Made by a program: the position numbers and the translations under genes. Shown in pieces: positions 20,301 through 27,293 of a stretch of DNA of 38,371 nucleotides (position 1 is the first letter of the stretch; each line of letters starts with the position of its first letter). Source of the stretch: an uncultured bacterium (GTDB lineage: Bacteria; JAJVIF01; JAPKYR01); the NCBI GenBank assembly GCA_965369865.1, contig CBDURU010000021.1:1-38371 (forward strand), given 5' to 3'. The notes below the pieces were generated by a model that did no database searches, had not been told where the DNA came from, and saw nothing but the letters and a program-made list of their open reading frames with translations.

Positions 20301-20357
20301 TGTTTGTAAGTTACATCCAAATCCCTGGCGATGTTATAAAAATTTAATTTCCTAAAT

Positions 20358-21005
20358 CTATCCCGACTTCCTCTGCGCCTCGTCCTTTTCCCCAGCATCG
20401 CTCTCATCCTTCCACGCTTCTTTCCTGCGGCTTAACCTCTTCCAGGCAAACCACATCTCTCCTGCCCAGGCGCCAAGCGACACCAGGCCAATACCCAGGA
20501 AAAGCATGAACACCGGACGGAAAAAATATGCCGCTGCAATTGAAACAATTCCCAGCACTAGTAAAAACCAGCGGCTTTCTATCGGTCCGGCTCTCGCTCC
20601 TTCAGTTGATTGAAAAAAACTACCACAGCGCGGGCAGTACACGCTTCCATCCCATACTGAATTCCCGCATGTCATGCAGGTCAATGGATTCCCGATAACC
20701 TGCGCACCGCATTGCGGACAGAACGGAGCATCCTTAACGAGTTCCCCGGCACAATGCGGGCAGATTCCGGTATCGCGTATTTTCTCTTTTACAGTTACTA
20801 ACAGCTTCTCGACAGTGGCGTCCGATAATCCGATACTGTCCGGTTCCGATGACGCGAGCGCGAGGATCTCCGCCGTGTCCGGATCGTTTTTCAACCGCTC
20901 GACCAGAGCCTTGCGTTCGGCAGGATCAAGCCCCGGGTCGAAAAGCCTTCCGAGTTCTTCATCGGTCAGTGGATTCAGGTTGTCCGGGTTCTGTGCGGCG
21001 TTCAT
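20358..21005 (-). CDS. Double zinc-ribbon membrane protein (candidate anti-sigma factor)
   Basis: CPHC, CPQC, CMTC and CPRC, followed by two TM helices; GGGGAGG RBS; directly downstream of the ECF sigma gene. Confidence 0.7.
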   Translation of the reverse strand: MNAAQNPDNLNPLTDEELGRLFDPGLDPAERKALVERLKNDPDTAEILALASSEPDSIGLSDATVEKLLVTVKEKIRDTGICPHCAGELVKDAPFCPQCGAQVIGNPLTCMTCGNSVWDGSVYCPRCGSFFQSTEGARAGPIESRWFLLVLGIVSIAAAYFFRPVFMLFLGIGLVSLGAWAGEMWFAWKRLSRRKEAWKDESDAGEKDEAQRKSG

Positions 21006-21107
21006 TTTTTTGCCTCCCCCTTAATTCGCCGGCACTCAAACCTATAACGTGTGGGAACCCCAAAACCTGACATAAAATATGAAGATTTTATTAAAGTTTC
21101 TGCCATA

Positions 21108-21683
21108 TTATCGTTTTCCCTCCAGTATTCCACGGAGTTTCTTTCTAAGCCTGGTCAGTCGCTGCTGCACCGCGGTGATGGTCACCTCAAGTATCATGGC
21201 AACCTCGGAATTCTCCAGATCGCTGTACTCAAGCCAGAAAAGCAACTGTTCCTCGAGATTCAATTCAGCGGATACTTTCTCAAGAACCAGTTTATTATCC
21301 AGCCAGTCGTTTATACGCGATGGGTACTCAATGTTGCGCCAGTAGGACATCCCGGATTCCTCTTCGCGCTCGTCCTTCAGACCCCTGTTGCGAAGATAGT
21401 CGACCACAAGCCTTGAAATTACGACCTTCACCCACCCGTAAAACGAGTCGGCGCCTTTGATCTCCAATGTCCTGAGTATCATGCAGTTCTTCTCGAGGAG
21501 TTTTAACGCGAACAGTTGCGCGATATCATTAACATCATCCGGGTTTAATCCGGCCTGTATGCACTGTCCCCTGATAATCGGTCCGATTCGACGCAGGAAC
21601 ATTCGCCAGGAAGGGTCATCCCCCGCAATCAGGCAGAATATTAAATCTTTGATTGACTGCTCCCTGAGTTCCTGTTCGAGCAA
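21108..21683 (-). CDS. ECF-type RNA polymerase sigma factor
   Basis: Region 2 (DVNDIAQ...FYGWVKVVISRLVVDYLR) and region 4 (EVAMILEVTITAVQQRLTRLRKKL); TTG start is uncertain. Confidence 0.8.
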   Translation of the reverse strand: MLEQELREQSIKDLIFCLIAGDDPSWRMFLRRIGPIIRGQCIQAGLNPDDVNDIAQLFALKLLEKNCMILRTLEIKGADSFYGWVKVVISRLVVDYLRNRGLKDEREEESGMSYWRNIEYPSRINDWLDNKLVLEKVSAELNLEEQLLFWLEYSDLENSEVAMILEVTITAVQQRLTRLRKKLRGILEGKR

Positions 21684-21795
21684 ATTATGACTCCACGAGT
21701 GTTGATTTCCAGTGTGGTTCGTGATTTATTTTTAACGTAGCTTTAACGCAGCAGGATTTTAGCATTATTTAACTCTATCATTTATAATTCAATTG

Positions 21796-21837
21796 TATAA
21801 GACAAACACTCCTTAGATGGGGATTTTTTGTCTTATA
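21796..21837. promoter_or_regulatory. 11-bp inverted repeat (possible operator or hairpin)
   Basis: TATAAGACAAA (21796-21806) and TTTGTCTTATA (21827-21837), 20-nt spacer. Confidence 0.35.
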
Positions 21838-21850
21838 TACTTGTCATAGG

Positions 21851-21879
21851 TTGACAAGGGTTATAAAAGGCTTTATATT
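21851..21879 (+). promoter_or_regulatory. Near-consensus sigma70 promoter, antisense to the tRNA
   Basis: TTGACA (21851-21856), 17-nt spacer, TATATT (21874-21879). Confidence 0.65.
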
Positions 21880-21918
21880 TCTAAAGCGTCAGTCTGTAAC
21901 TGACCGTTGGCTAAGTTT

Positions 21919-21969
21919 TAATCATAGATAGGGAGCCGGAGTAAAATCCAGCCCCCCACCTATTGATTA
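21919..21969 (-). ncRNA. Structured hairpin 3' of the tRNA
   Basis: Minus strand ATAGGTGGGGGGCTGGA-TTTTAC-TCCGGCTCCCTATCTAT: a 17-bp stem with 4 G-U pairs that form only on the minus strand. Confidence 0.5.
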
Positions 21970-21991
21970 TTAGAGAATCATAAAGATTCAA

Positions 21992-22075
21992 TGCTCCCGG
22001 TGGGATTCGAACCCACAAACCCGTAAAGGTGGCGACTTTCTAGGTCGCTGTGTAGACCAGTTCCACCACGGGAGC
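21992..22075 (-). tRNA. tRNA with AGA (Ser) anticodon in a tRNA-Leu-type class II body; CCA not encoded
   Basis: GCTCCCG TG GTG-GAACTGGTCTA-CAC A GCGAC-CTAGAAA-GTCGC C ACCT-TTAC-GGGT TT GTGGG-TTCGAAT-CCCAC CGGGAGC A; all stems pair. Confidence 0.9.
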
Positions 22076-22082
22076 AAACATT

Positions 22083-22115
22083 GATGAGGGCCAGAGTCGA
22101 ACTCTAGCCCCCACC
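22083..22115 (-). ncRNA. Structured hairpin 5' of the tRNA with a T-loop-like loop
   Basis: Minus strand GGTGGGGGCTAGAG-TTCGA-CTCTGGCCCTCATC: a 14-bp stem with 3 G-U pairs; homologous to 21919-21969. Confidence 0.5.
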
Positions 22116-22125
22116 GATTAAGTTT

Positions 22126-22165
22126 AAAAGCTCCTCCCGGTGTCAACTAAGGGGAGCTTTTCTTT
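22126..22165 (+). terminator. Intrinsic terminator (plus-strand polarity, possibly bidirectional)
   Basis: AAAAGCTCCTC...GGGGAGCTTTT followed by CTTT; one stem pair is U-G on the plus strand only. Confidence 0.7.
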
Positions 22166-22316
22166 ATGCATTTTAAATTATATTATAAAAAAAATCCACT
22201 TCTGTGAGTGAACAAAATTAAACAGTTGATACTAATATTTCTATAGTTAGATTAGTACTCCCTTAAAATAGGCAATTCCGTTATTTAATAATAAAAACTA
22301 ACTCAGGCAGGAGGGA

Positions 22317-22401
22317 CACCGGCAAGATGCCTATGTGACTGGATGGTCATCGGCAGGATGCCGATGTGACGGGAGAGTCTTCGGCAGGATGCCGAAGTTA
22401 C
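22317..22401. repeat. Three tandem REP-like palindromes, 31-bp period
   Basis: CACCGGCAAGATGCCTATGTGAC, CATCGGCAGGATGCCGATGTGAC, CTTCGGCAGGATGCCGAAGTTAC. Confidence 0.85.
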
Positions 22402-22441
22402 ACTGGAAGCCTGACTGTTATTCATCTATAATTCTTCCCCC

Positions 22442-23632
22442 ATGTCTGTAACCGAAAAATCCGGATCGCCGGAGATGGATTTTAAGCTCGATCGGATCGG
22501 GACAATCCCCGATGCTATCGCCGATCTCAAGGCCGGGAAATTCATCATTGTCATAGATGATATCAACCGTGAGAACGAGGGCGACCTTGTATTCCCGGCT
22601 GAGGTGGTCACTCCCGATATCATAAATTTTTATGAGACACATGTGCGCGGGTGGATTTGTGTGGCTATGGCGACCCATGAGGCCGACCGGCTCGAACTTC
22701 CACTGATGGTAAACCGGAATACCGAGCGGCATGGGACTGCTTTCACGGTGACTGTCGACGCCTCTGAAGGCACAACGACCGGGATCAGCGCCGAAGATCA
22801 GGCGAATACAATCAGGCTGCTCGCGTCTCCCGATTCAAAACCCCAGGATTTTCTGAAACCGGGGCATGTCCGACCCCTTCGCGCGAGGGTAGGCGGGGTG
22901 CTCGAGCGTGCCGGTCATACAGAAGCCGTGGTGGACCTTATGAACCTGGCTGGATTCCAGAAGGTTGGTATCCTCTGCGAGGTTAAAAATCCCGACGGAT
23001 CGATGGCCCGATTGCCGGAATTAATCAAATACGCAAAAAAGCACGATATCCGAATCTACACCATCGAGGATCTGATAGCGTACCGTTTACTTACCGAAAG
23101 CCTGGTTAAACGGGTCGCGGAGGCCGAGGTTGAAACACGGTGGGGGACTTTCAAGTCGATCGGTTATGAGAGTGTCGTGCGGGACGAACAGCATCTCGCG
23201 CTTGTCTATGGCGATCTTTCGGAAATTATCGCCCGTGATGAACCCGCGCTCGTCCGTGTGCATCATTCCCACGTGCTCTCCGATATTTTCAGCTTACGGG
23301 GTCCGGGTGGAATAGATTATATCGACGCGGCAATGAGGAAAATTGTCGAGAACGGGAGCGGTGTTTTTGTGTATATCCGGTCAAGGCTTCGAGGCCAGCG
23401 GATGATTTCGCAGTTACAGGAAATGGCTGTGCAGACCGAAAATGTGAATGAAACTGAACAATGCCATGATATTCCCCCTGAGCACGAGAAGCGCGATTAT
23501 GGTCTCGGGGCGCAGATTATCAATGATCTCGGTATCACAAACATGCGTGTACTGACCGACCGCCCGAAAGAACTGGTCGGGCTGGGCGGCTACGGAATAG
23601 AGATCGAGGGCCATGTACCGATGTCTGAATAA
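22442..23632 (+). CDS. ribB: 3,4-dihydroxy-2-butanone-4-phosphate synthase fused to a degenerate GTP cyclohydrolase II domain (RibBX type)
   Basis: DD..RENEGD, TAFTVTVDA, TTGISA, PGHV, RAGHTEA; the C-terminal domain has RVHHSH in place of RVHSEC and lacks the CDC motif. Confidence 0.9.
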   Translation: MSVTEKSGSPEMDFKLDRIGTIPDAIADLKAGKFIIVIDDINRENEGDLVFPAEVVTPDIINFYETHVRGWICVAMATHEADRLELPLMVNRNTERHGTAFTVTVDASEGTTTGISAEDQANTIRLLASPDSKPQDFLKPGHVRPLRARVGGVLERAGHTEAVVDLMNLAGFQKVGILCEVKNPDGSMARLPELIKYAKKHDIRIYTIEDLIAYRLLTESLVKRVAEAEVETRWGTFKSIGYESVVRDEQHLALVYGDLSEIIARDEPALVRVHHSHVLSDIFSLRGPGGIDYIDAAMRKIVENGSGVFVYIRSRLRGQRMISQLQEMAVQTENVNETEQCHDIPPEHEKRDYGLGAQIINDLGITNMRVLTDRPKELVGLGGYGIEIEGHVPMSE

Positions 23633-23713
23633 GTAACCTGTGCCGATGTCTGAATAAGTAATATGTGCTGATGTCTGAATAAGTAACCTGTGCTGATGTC
23701 TGAATAAGTAAGA
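23614..23713. repeat. Four tandem 25-bp repeats of the ribB 3' end and stop codon
   Basis: TGT(A/G)C(C/T)GATGTCTGAATAAGTAANN x4; the first copy encodes the terminal VPMSE-stop. Confidence 0.92.
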
Positions 23714-23746
23714 GGTATTTGAAAAATATAAAAAACTCGGGTGGCG

Positions 23747-23777
23747 CCCACAGACTGAGCGAAGGCGTGTCTGTGGG
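23747..23777. repeat. Isolated hairpin (REP-like)
   Basis: CCCACAGAC-13 nt-GTCTGTGGG. Confidence 0.4.
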
Positions 23778-23801
23778 TGATAGAAGAATCTGGAGGTTAA
23801 A

Positions 23802-24728
23802 ATGGTAGGAAAAATCGAAAGAGTGCCACTGAGAGAAGTATGGAAGCATGAGGCATATGACTTTACAAAGTGGCTTGGAGACAATATTGAAATCCTCAGC
23901 GATGCAATTGGGATAAATCTTGATAATACAGAGATCGAGGCTGCTGCAGGATCCTTTAATGTTGATATTGTCGCCAAGGATGATTTTGGCAATTATGTCG
24001 TCATAGAAAACCAGCTTGAAAAAAGTAATCACGATCATCTTGGTAAGTTAATTACGTACCTCACTATGTGGGACGCAAAAACCGCAATCTGGATAGTTGA
24101 AGAACCCCGTGCCGAACATATTAAAGCAGTGAATTTATTAAATGGACTACCTGACACTTCATTCTATATGCTGAAAATTGAAGCTGTCAGGATTGGGAAT
24201 TCAGAACCAGCTCCTTTGCTTACAGAGATTGTTGGTCCCAGTGAAGCCGTGCAGAGGGTCGGGACGATAATTAAGGAATACTCCAAGAGAGAAAAAATCT
24301 ACCTGGAATTTTGGACCCAGTTATTTGAGAGATTGAAAAGTAAAACACAACTTTTTTCGAGTATGACTCCAAACAAAAAATCCTGGGTAACCACTGGAGC
24401 AGGGATATCAGGAATCAACTATGGCTTTGCTCTTACAAAAGACTGGGTAAAAGTTGCCATTGTTATTAAAAATTCCGATAAGGATTTCAATAAACGGGTT
24501 TTTAAGGATTTGGAAAAAAATCGTGATGAAATTACTCGGGAGTTTGGAGAGAATCTAAGCTGGGAACTAAAACCTGAAAGCAAATACTCAGCAATTAACC
24601 GAACTTATGAAATTGGTGAGTATCTTAACGATCCTGATCGCTGGATTGAAGTGCAGGATATACTCATTGATGGTATGGTACAAATGGAACAGGCTTTTAA
24701 ACCCTGGATCGCCAGAATACGAATTTGA
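23802..24728 (+). CDS. DUF4268-type protein with an N-terminal PD-(D/E)XK-like (NucS-like) domain
   Basis: LREVWKHEAYDFTKWL, VDIVAKD...VVIENQL, DHLGKLITY; C-terminal EFWTQL segment; GGAGG RBS. Confidence 0.78.
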   Translation: MVGKIERVPLREVWKHEAYDFTKWLGDNIEILSDAIGINLDNTEIEAAAGSFNVDIVAKDDFGNYVVIENQLEKSNHDHLGKLITYLTMWDAKTAIWIVEEPRAEHIKAVNLLNGLPDTSFYMLKIEAVRIGNSEPAPLLTEIVGPSEAVQRVGTIIKEYSKREKIYLEFWTQLFERLKSKTQLFSSMTPNKKSWVTTGAGISGINYGFALTKDWVKVAIVIKNSDKDFNKRVFKDLEKNRDEITREFGENLSWELKPESKYSAINRTYEIGEYLNDPDRWIEVQDILIDGMVQMEQAFKPWIARIRI

Positions 24729-24747
24729 AACTACGGAGGCCAACAAA

Positions 24748-25215
24748 ATGGTCAAAAAAATAGAAGGAACACTCGATGGAAAGGGACTCAAAATAGCTAT
24801 CGTTCAGTCCCGTTTCAACGATCTTATCACAAACAAACTCGTCGAAGGCACTCTCGACGGACTCACCCGTCACGGGGTGGGTGACAAAGACATCCATCAC
24901 ATCCTCGTGCCCGGATCGTTCGAGGTGTCGCTTGCGGCCAAACGCGCGGCATCGAGCGGTAAATTCGACGCTATTATCGCGGTCGCCGCAATAATTCGCG
25001 GCGCGACAAGCCATAACGAACTCATCGCGCACGAACTGATTAAGGGTATCGCCCAGTCAGCACTCGAAACCGGGGTGCCCATCGTTTTCGGATCCATCAC
25101 ATCCGATACCCTCGAACAGGCAATCGAACGCGCCGGGGGCAAAGGCTCGAACCGTGGATTCCTCGCGGCGGAGACAGCGATCGAAATCGCGAATGTGATC
25201 AAGCAGGTCGGATAA
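24748..25215 (+). CDS. ribH: 6,7-dimethyl-8-ribityllumazine synthase
   Basis: IAIVQSRFN, VPGSFE, IRGATSH, PIVFG, EQAIERAG.K; start moved to ATG 24748 after GGAGG. Confidence 0.95.
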   Translation: MVKKIEGTLDGKGLKIAIVQSRFNDLITNKLVEGTLDGLTRHGVGDKDIHHILVPGSFEVSLAAKRAASSGKFDAIIAVAAIIRGATSHNELIAHELIKGIAQSALETGVPIVFGSITSDTLEQAIERAGGKGSNRGFLAAETAIEIANVIKQVG

Positions 25216-25216
25216 A

Positions 25217-25576
25217 GTGGAAAATGATAACGCGCCAATGGTGAGTACCGACCTCCAGGTGGTGAGGGTGCTCGATGAGAAGTTGAAAAGCCGCCATCCC
25301 GAGGGTGTCAGCCTGATGCGGACCCTGGAGGGTGGAAAGGTGCTCGAACTTCATAAGCAGATTTGCCTTGCTTTCAATCCAAGCGCGTGTTCCAAAGCGG
25401 AGGAATTGACCGGGTACCTCTGGAAGGTCGGGCGTGTGTTATCGCTCGAACCGGTGGGGGGGATTACGGTCCGCGGCGGCATGCCGGATGAGACGTTTAA
25501 TATCGGGCGCACTTTTTTCAGGGAAGCGGAGGCCGAGTACAGGATGATCCACAGGATGGTCGCGGAGGTTATATGA
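25217..25576 (+). CDS. Hypothetical protein
   Basis: Fills the ribH-purB gap; stop overlaps the purB start (ATGA). Confidence 0.6.
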   Translation: MENDNAPMVSTDLQVVRVLDEKLKSRHPEGVSLMRTLEGGKVLELHKQICLAFNPSACSKAEELTGYLWKVGRVLSLEPVGGITVRGGMPDETFNIGRTFFREAEAEYRMIHRMVAEVI

Positions 25577-26865
25577 TAGAGCGATACACTCGCGAACGTA
25601 TGGGGAAAATCTGGAGCGATGAATATCGTTTCAGAAAACAGCTCGATGTCGAAATCGCTGTCTGCAGGGCATGGGGAAGCCGTGGTGTGATTCCAAAGGA
25701 AGACCTCGATACGATCCTCGATAAAGCGGATTTTGATATCGAGAAACTTTTTGAAATCGAAAAAGTAACACGGCATGAAACTGTCGCCCTTATCGAGGCG
25801 GTATCCGAGAAAGTCGGCCCGGCAAGCAGATGGATTCATATGGGCCTGACATCGTCGGATATTCTCGACACCTCTTTTTCGCTCCAGGTGGTCGAGGCTG
25901 CAGATATTTTACTGGAAGGGTTACAGGAACTTCGAGGAGCGGTTGGTAAACAAGCCTTGAAATATAAAGACCAATTGTGTATGGGACGCACGCATGGGGT
26001 CCACGCCGAGCCGACTTCATTCGGCCTTAAAATCCTGATCTGGTATGAGGAGCTGGGACGCGATATCGAGCGGATCGAACGCGCGAGGGAAACTATGAGG
26101 GTAGGGAAGATATCCGGAGTGGTTGGAACATGGGCATTTCTTGATCCCGAACTTGAGGTGGAAGCGCTCGGGTATCTCGATCTGAAGGCCACATCGGTGA
26201 CCAACCAGGTTATCCAGCGCGACCGGTACGCGGAATTCATTGCGGCCCTCGCGATCACAATGGGGACATTTGATAAAATCGCGACAGAGATAAGGCATCT
26301 CCAGCGAACCGAGGTCAGGGAAGCAGCAGAACCATTCAGGAAAGGCCAGAAAGGGTCTTCAGCGATGCCGCATAAGCGTAACCCGATGACCTGCGAGAGA
26401 ATTTCCGGATTGGCCAGGGTTGTCAGGGGGAATCTCCAGGTGGCTCTGGAAAACCAGGCTCTCTGGCATGAGCGGGATATCAGCCACTCGTCGGCTGAAA
26501 GGGTGATTTTCCCGGATTCCTGCATAATCCTTGATTATCTCACCGATAAGTTGATTCATATTTTCGAGGGTCTTGAAGTCAATCCCGAACGCATGATGGA
26601 GAATCTCGAACTCACCCGTGGAGCAATTTTCAGCCAGAGAGTGCTCCTGGCGCTTGCTGAATCAGGCCTGAAACGGGAGGACGCGTACCCGATTGTCCAG
26701 AAAGCCGCTCATACAGCGATCAGGGAAGGCACCGATTTCCGTGACGAGATCAAGAAAGACCCGATGGTGCAGGAGCGTCTGGGTGACAAATTCGATGAGG
26801 TTTTCGATTACGGGTTTTATATCCGCCACCGCGACGCGGCATTTAAAAGGGCGGGATTGATGTGA
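25573..26865 (+). CDS. purB: Adenylosuccinate lyase
   Basis: MIERY, H.GLTSSD, GRTHGVHAEPT, GSSAMPHKRNP, WHERDISHSSAER. Confidence 0.96.
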   Translation: MIERYTRERMGKIWSDEYRFRKQLDVEIAVCRAWGSRGVIPKEDLDTILDKADFDIEKLFEIEKVTRHETVALIEAVSEKVGPASRWIHMGLTSSDILDTSFSLQVVEAADILLEGLQELRGAVGKQALKYKDQLCMGRTHGVHAEPTSFGLKILIWYEELGRDIERIERARETMRVGKISGVVGTWAFLDPELEVEALGYLDLKATSVTNQVIQRDRYAEFIAALAITMGTFDKIATEIRHLQRTEVREAAEPFRKGQKGSSAMPHKRNPMTCERISGLARVVRGNLQVALENQALWHERDISHSSAERVIFPDSCIILDYLTDKLIHIFEGLEVNPERMMENLELTRGAIFSQRVLLALAESGLKREDAYPIVQKAAHTAIREGTDFRDEIKKDPMVQERLGDKFDEVFDYGFYIRHRDAAFKRAGLM

Positions 26866-26917
26866 CGGGATTCTTCCGTATAAAGCAGGATGATGTTACA
26901 ATAATAAATTGATTGCT

Positions 26918-27232
26918 ATGGTGAAAGACCCACTTGTGAAGACAATTGTTCAGCGAATCGCTCAGTCAATCAAACCCGAGCGGATAATCCTGTTTGGTTC
27001 GAGAGCCAACGGGATCGGCAGAGATGATAGTGATGTCGATCTTGTGATTATTTATCGGGGTCCCCTTTCGAAAAGGCAGGTCAAGATTCGAATTCGCCAA
27101 CTTTTCCCTCATCCTGATTTCTCACTTGACGTATTTGTACTGACTCCTGAAGATTTCGAAAACCAGAAAAATATTGCCAATACCCTTGCGCGCGAGGTGG
27201 CGGATAAAGGCGTAATCTGTTATGCAGGATGA
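26918..27232 (+). CDS. Minimal nucleotidyltransferase (MNT) of HEPN/MNT toxin-antitoxin type
   Basis: ILFGSRANG....DSDVDL motif, about 104 aa; ATG 26918 preferred over TTG 26909. Confidence 0.85.
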   Translation: MVKDPLVKTIVQRIAQSIKPERIILFGSRANGIGRDDSDVDLVIIYRGPLSKRQVKIRIRQLFPHPDFSLDVFVLTPEDFENQKNIANTLAREVADKGVICYAG

Positions 27233-27263
27233 TCTGAAACTTTCAATTGAGCGTTGGCTGTAG
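27222..27263 (+). pseudogene. Probable truncated HEPN gene (N-terminal 13 codons only)
   Basis: ATG lies within the last codons of the MNT gene; reads MQDDLKLSIERWL-stop, ending at the W-L typical of HEPN helix 1. Confidence 0.5.
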
Positions 27264-27293
27264 GCGGTATCCGACTATGAAAGCAGGTGTGTA

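Noticed and set aside
21992..22075. Ordinary tRNA-Leu(TAG), amber suppressor (CTA) or tRNA-Sec
   Set aside because: With the 5-bp GCGAC/GTCGC stem the loop is CTAGAAA, so positions 34-36 are AGA; TAG and CTA are out of register. The 7/5 fold and A73 do not fit tRNA-Sec.
22121..22146. Minus-strand promoter TTGACA...TAAACT for the tRNA
   Set aside because: The spacer is only 14 nt, outside the normal 16-18 nt range.
22317..22401. Mini-CRISPR array
   Set aside because: Intervening segments are only 8 nt and the repeats vary in their arms; this fits REP-like palindromes.
21880..22441. FMN riboswitch leader for the rib genes
   Set aside because: The conserved RFN sequence blocks are not visible, and ribB has a -10 box right next to its start.
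23614..23713. CRISPR array
   Set aside because: Units are head-to-tail 25-mers with no unique spacers, the first unit is coding sequence, and no cas genes are present.
23414..24038. Minus-strand ORFs of 192 and 167 aa
   Set aside because: They are antisense to ribB and the DUF4268 gene, and their repetitive peptides derive from the 25-bp tandem repeat.
24607..24747. N-terminal extension of RibH given in the ORF track
   Set aside because: It overlaps the DUF4268 gene; a GGAGG RBS and the family length point to ATG 24748.
26356..26361. Genome-wide reassignment of UCN codons to Leu
   Set aside because: TCT and TCA encode the two conserved serines of the purB SSAMPHKRNP signature.
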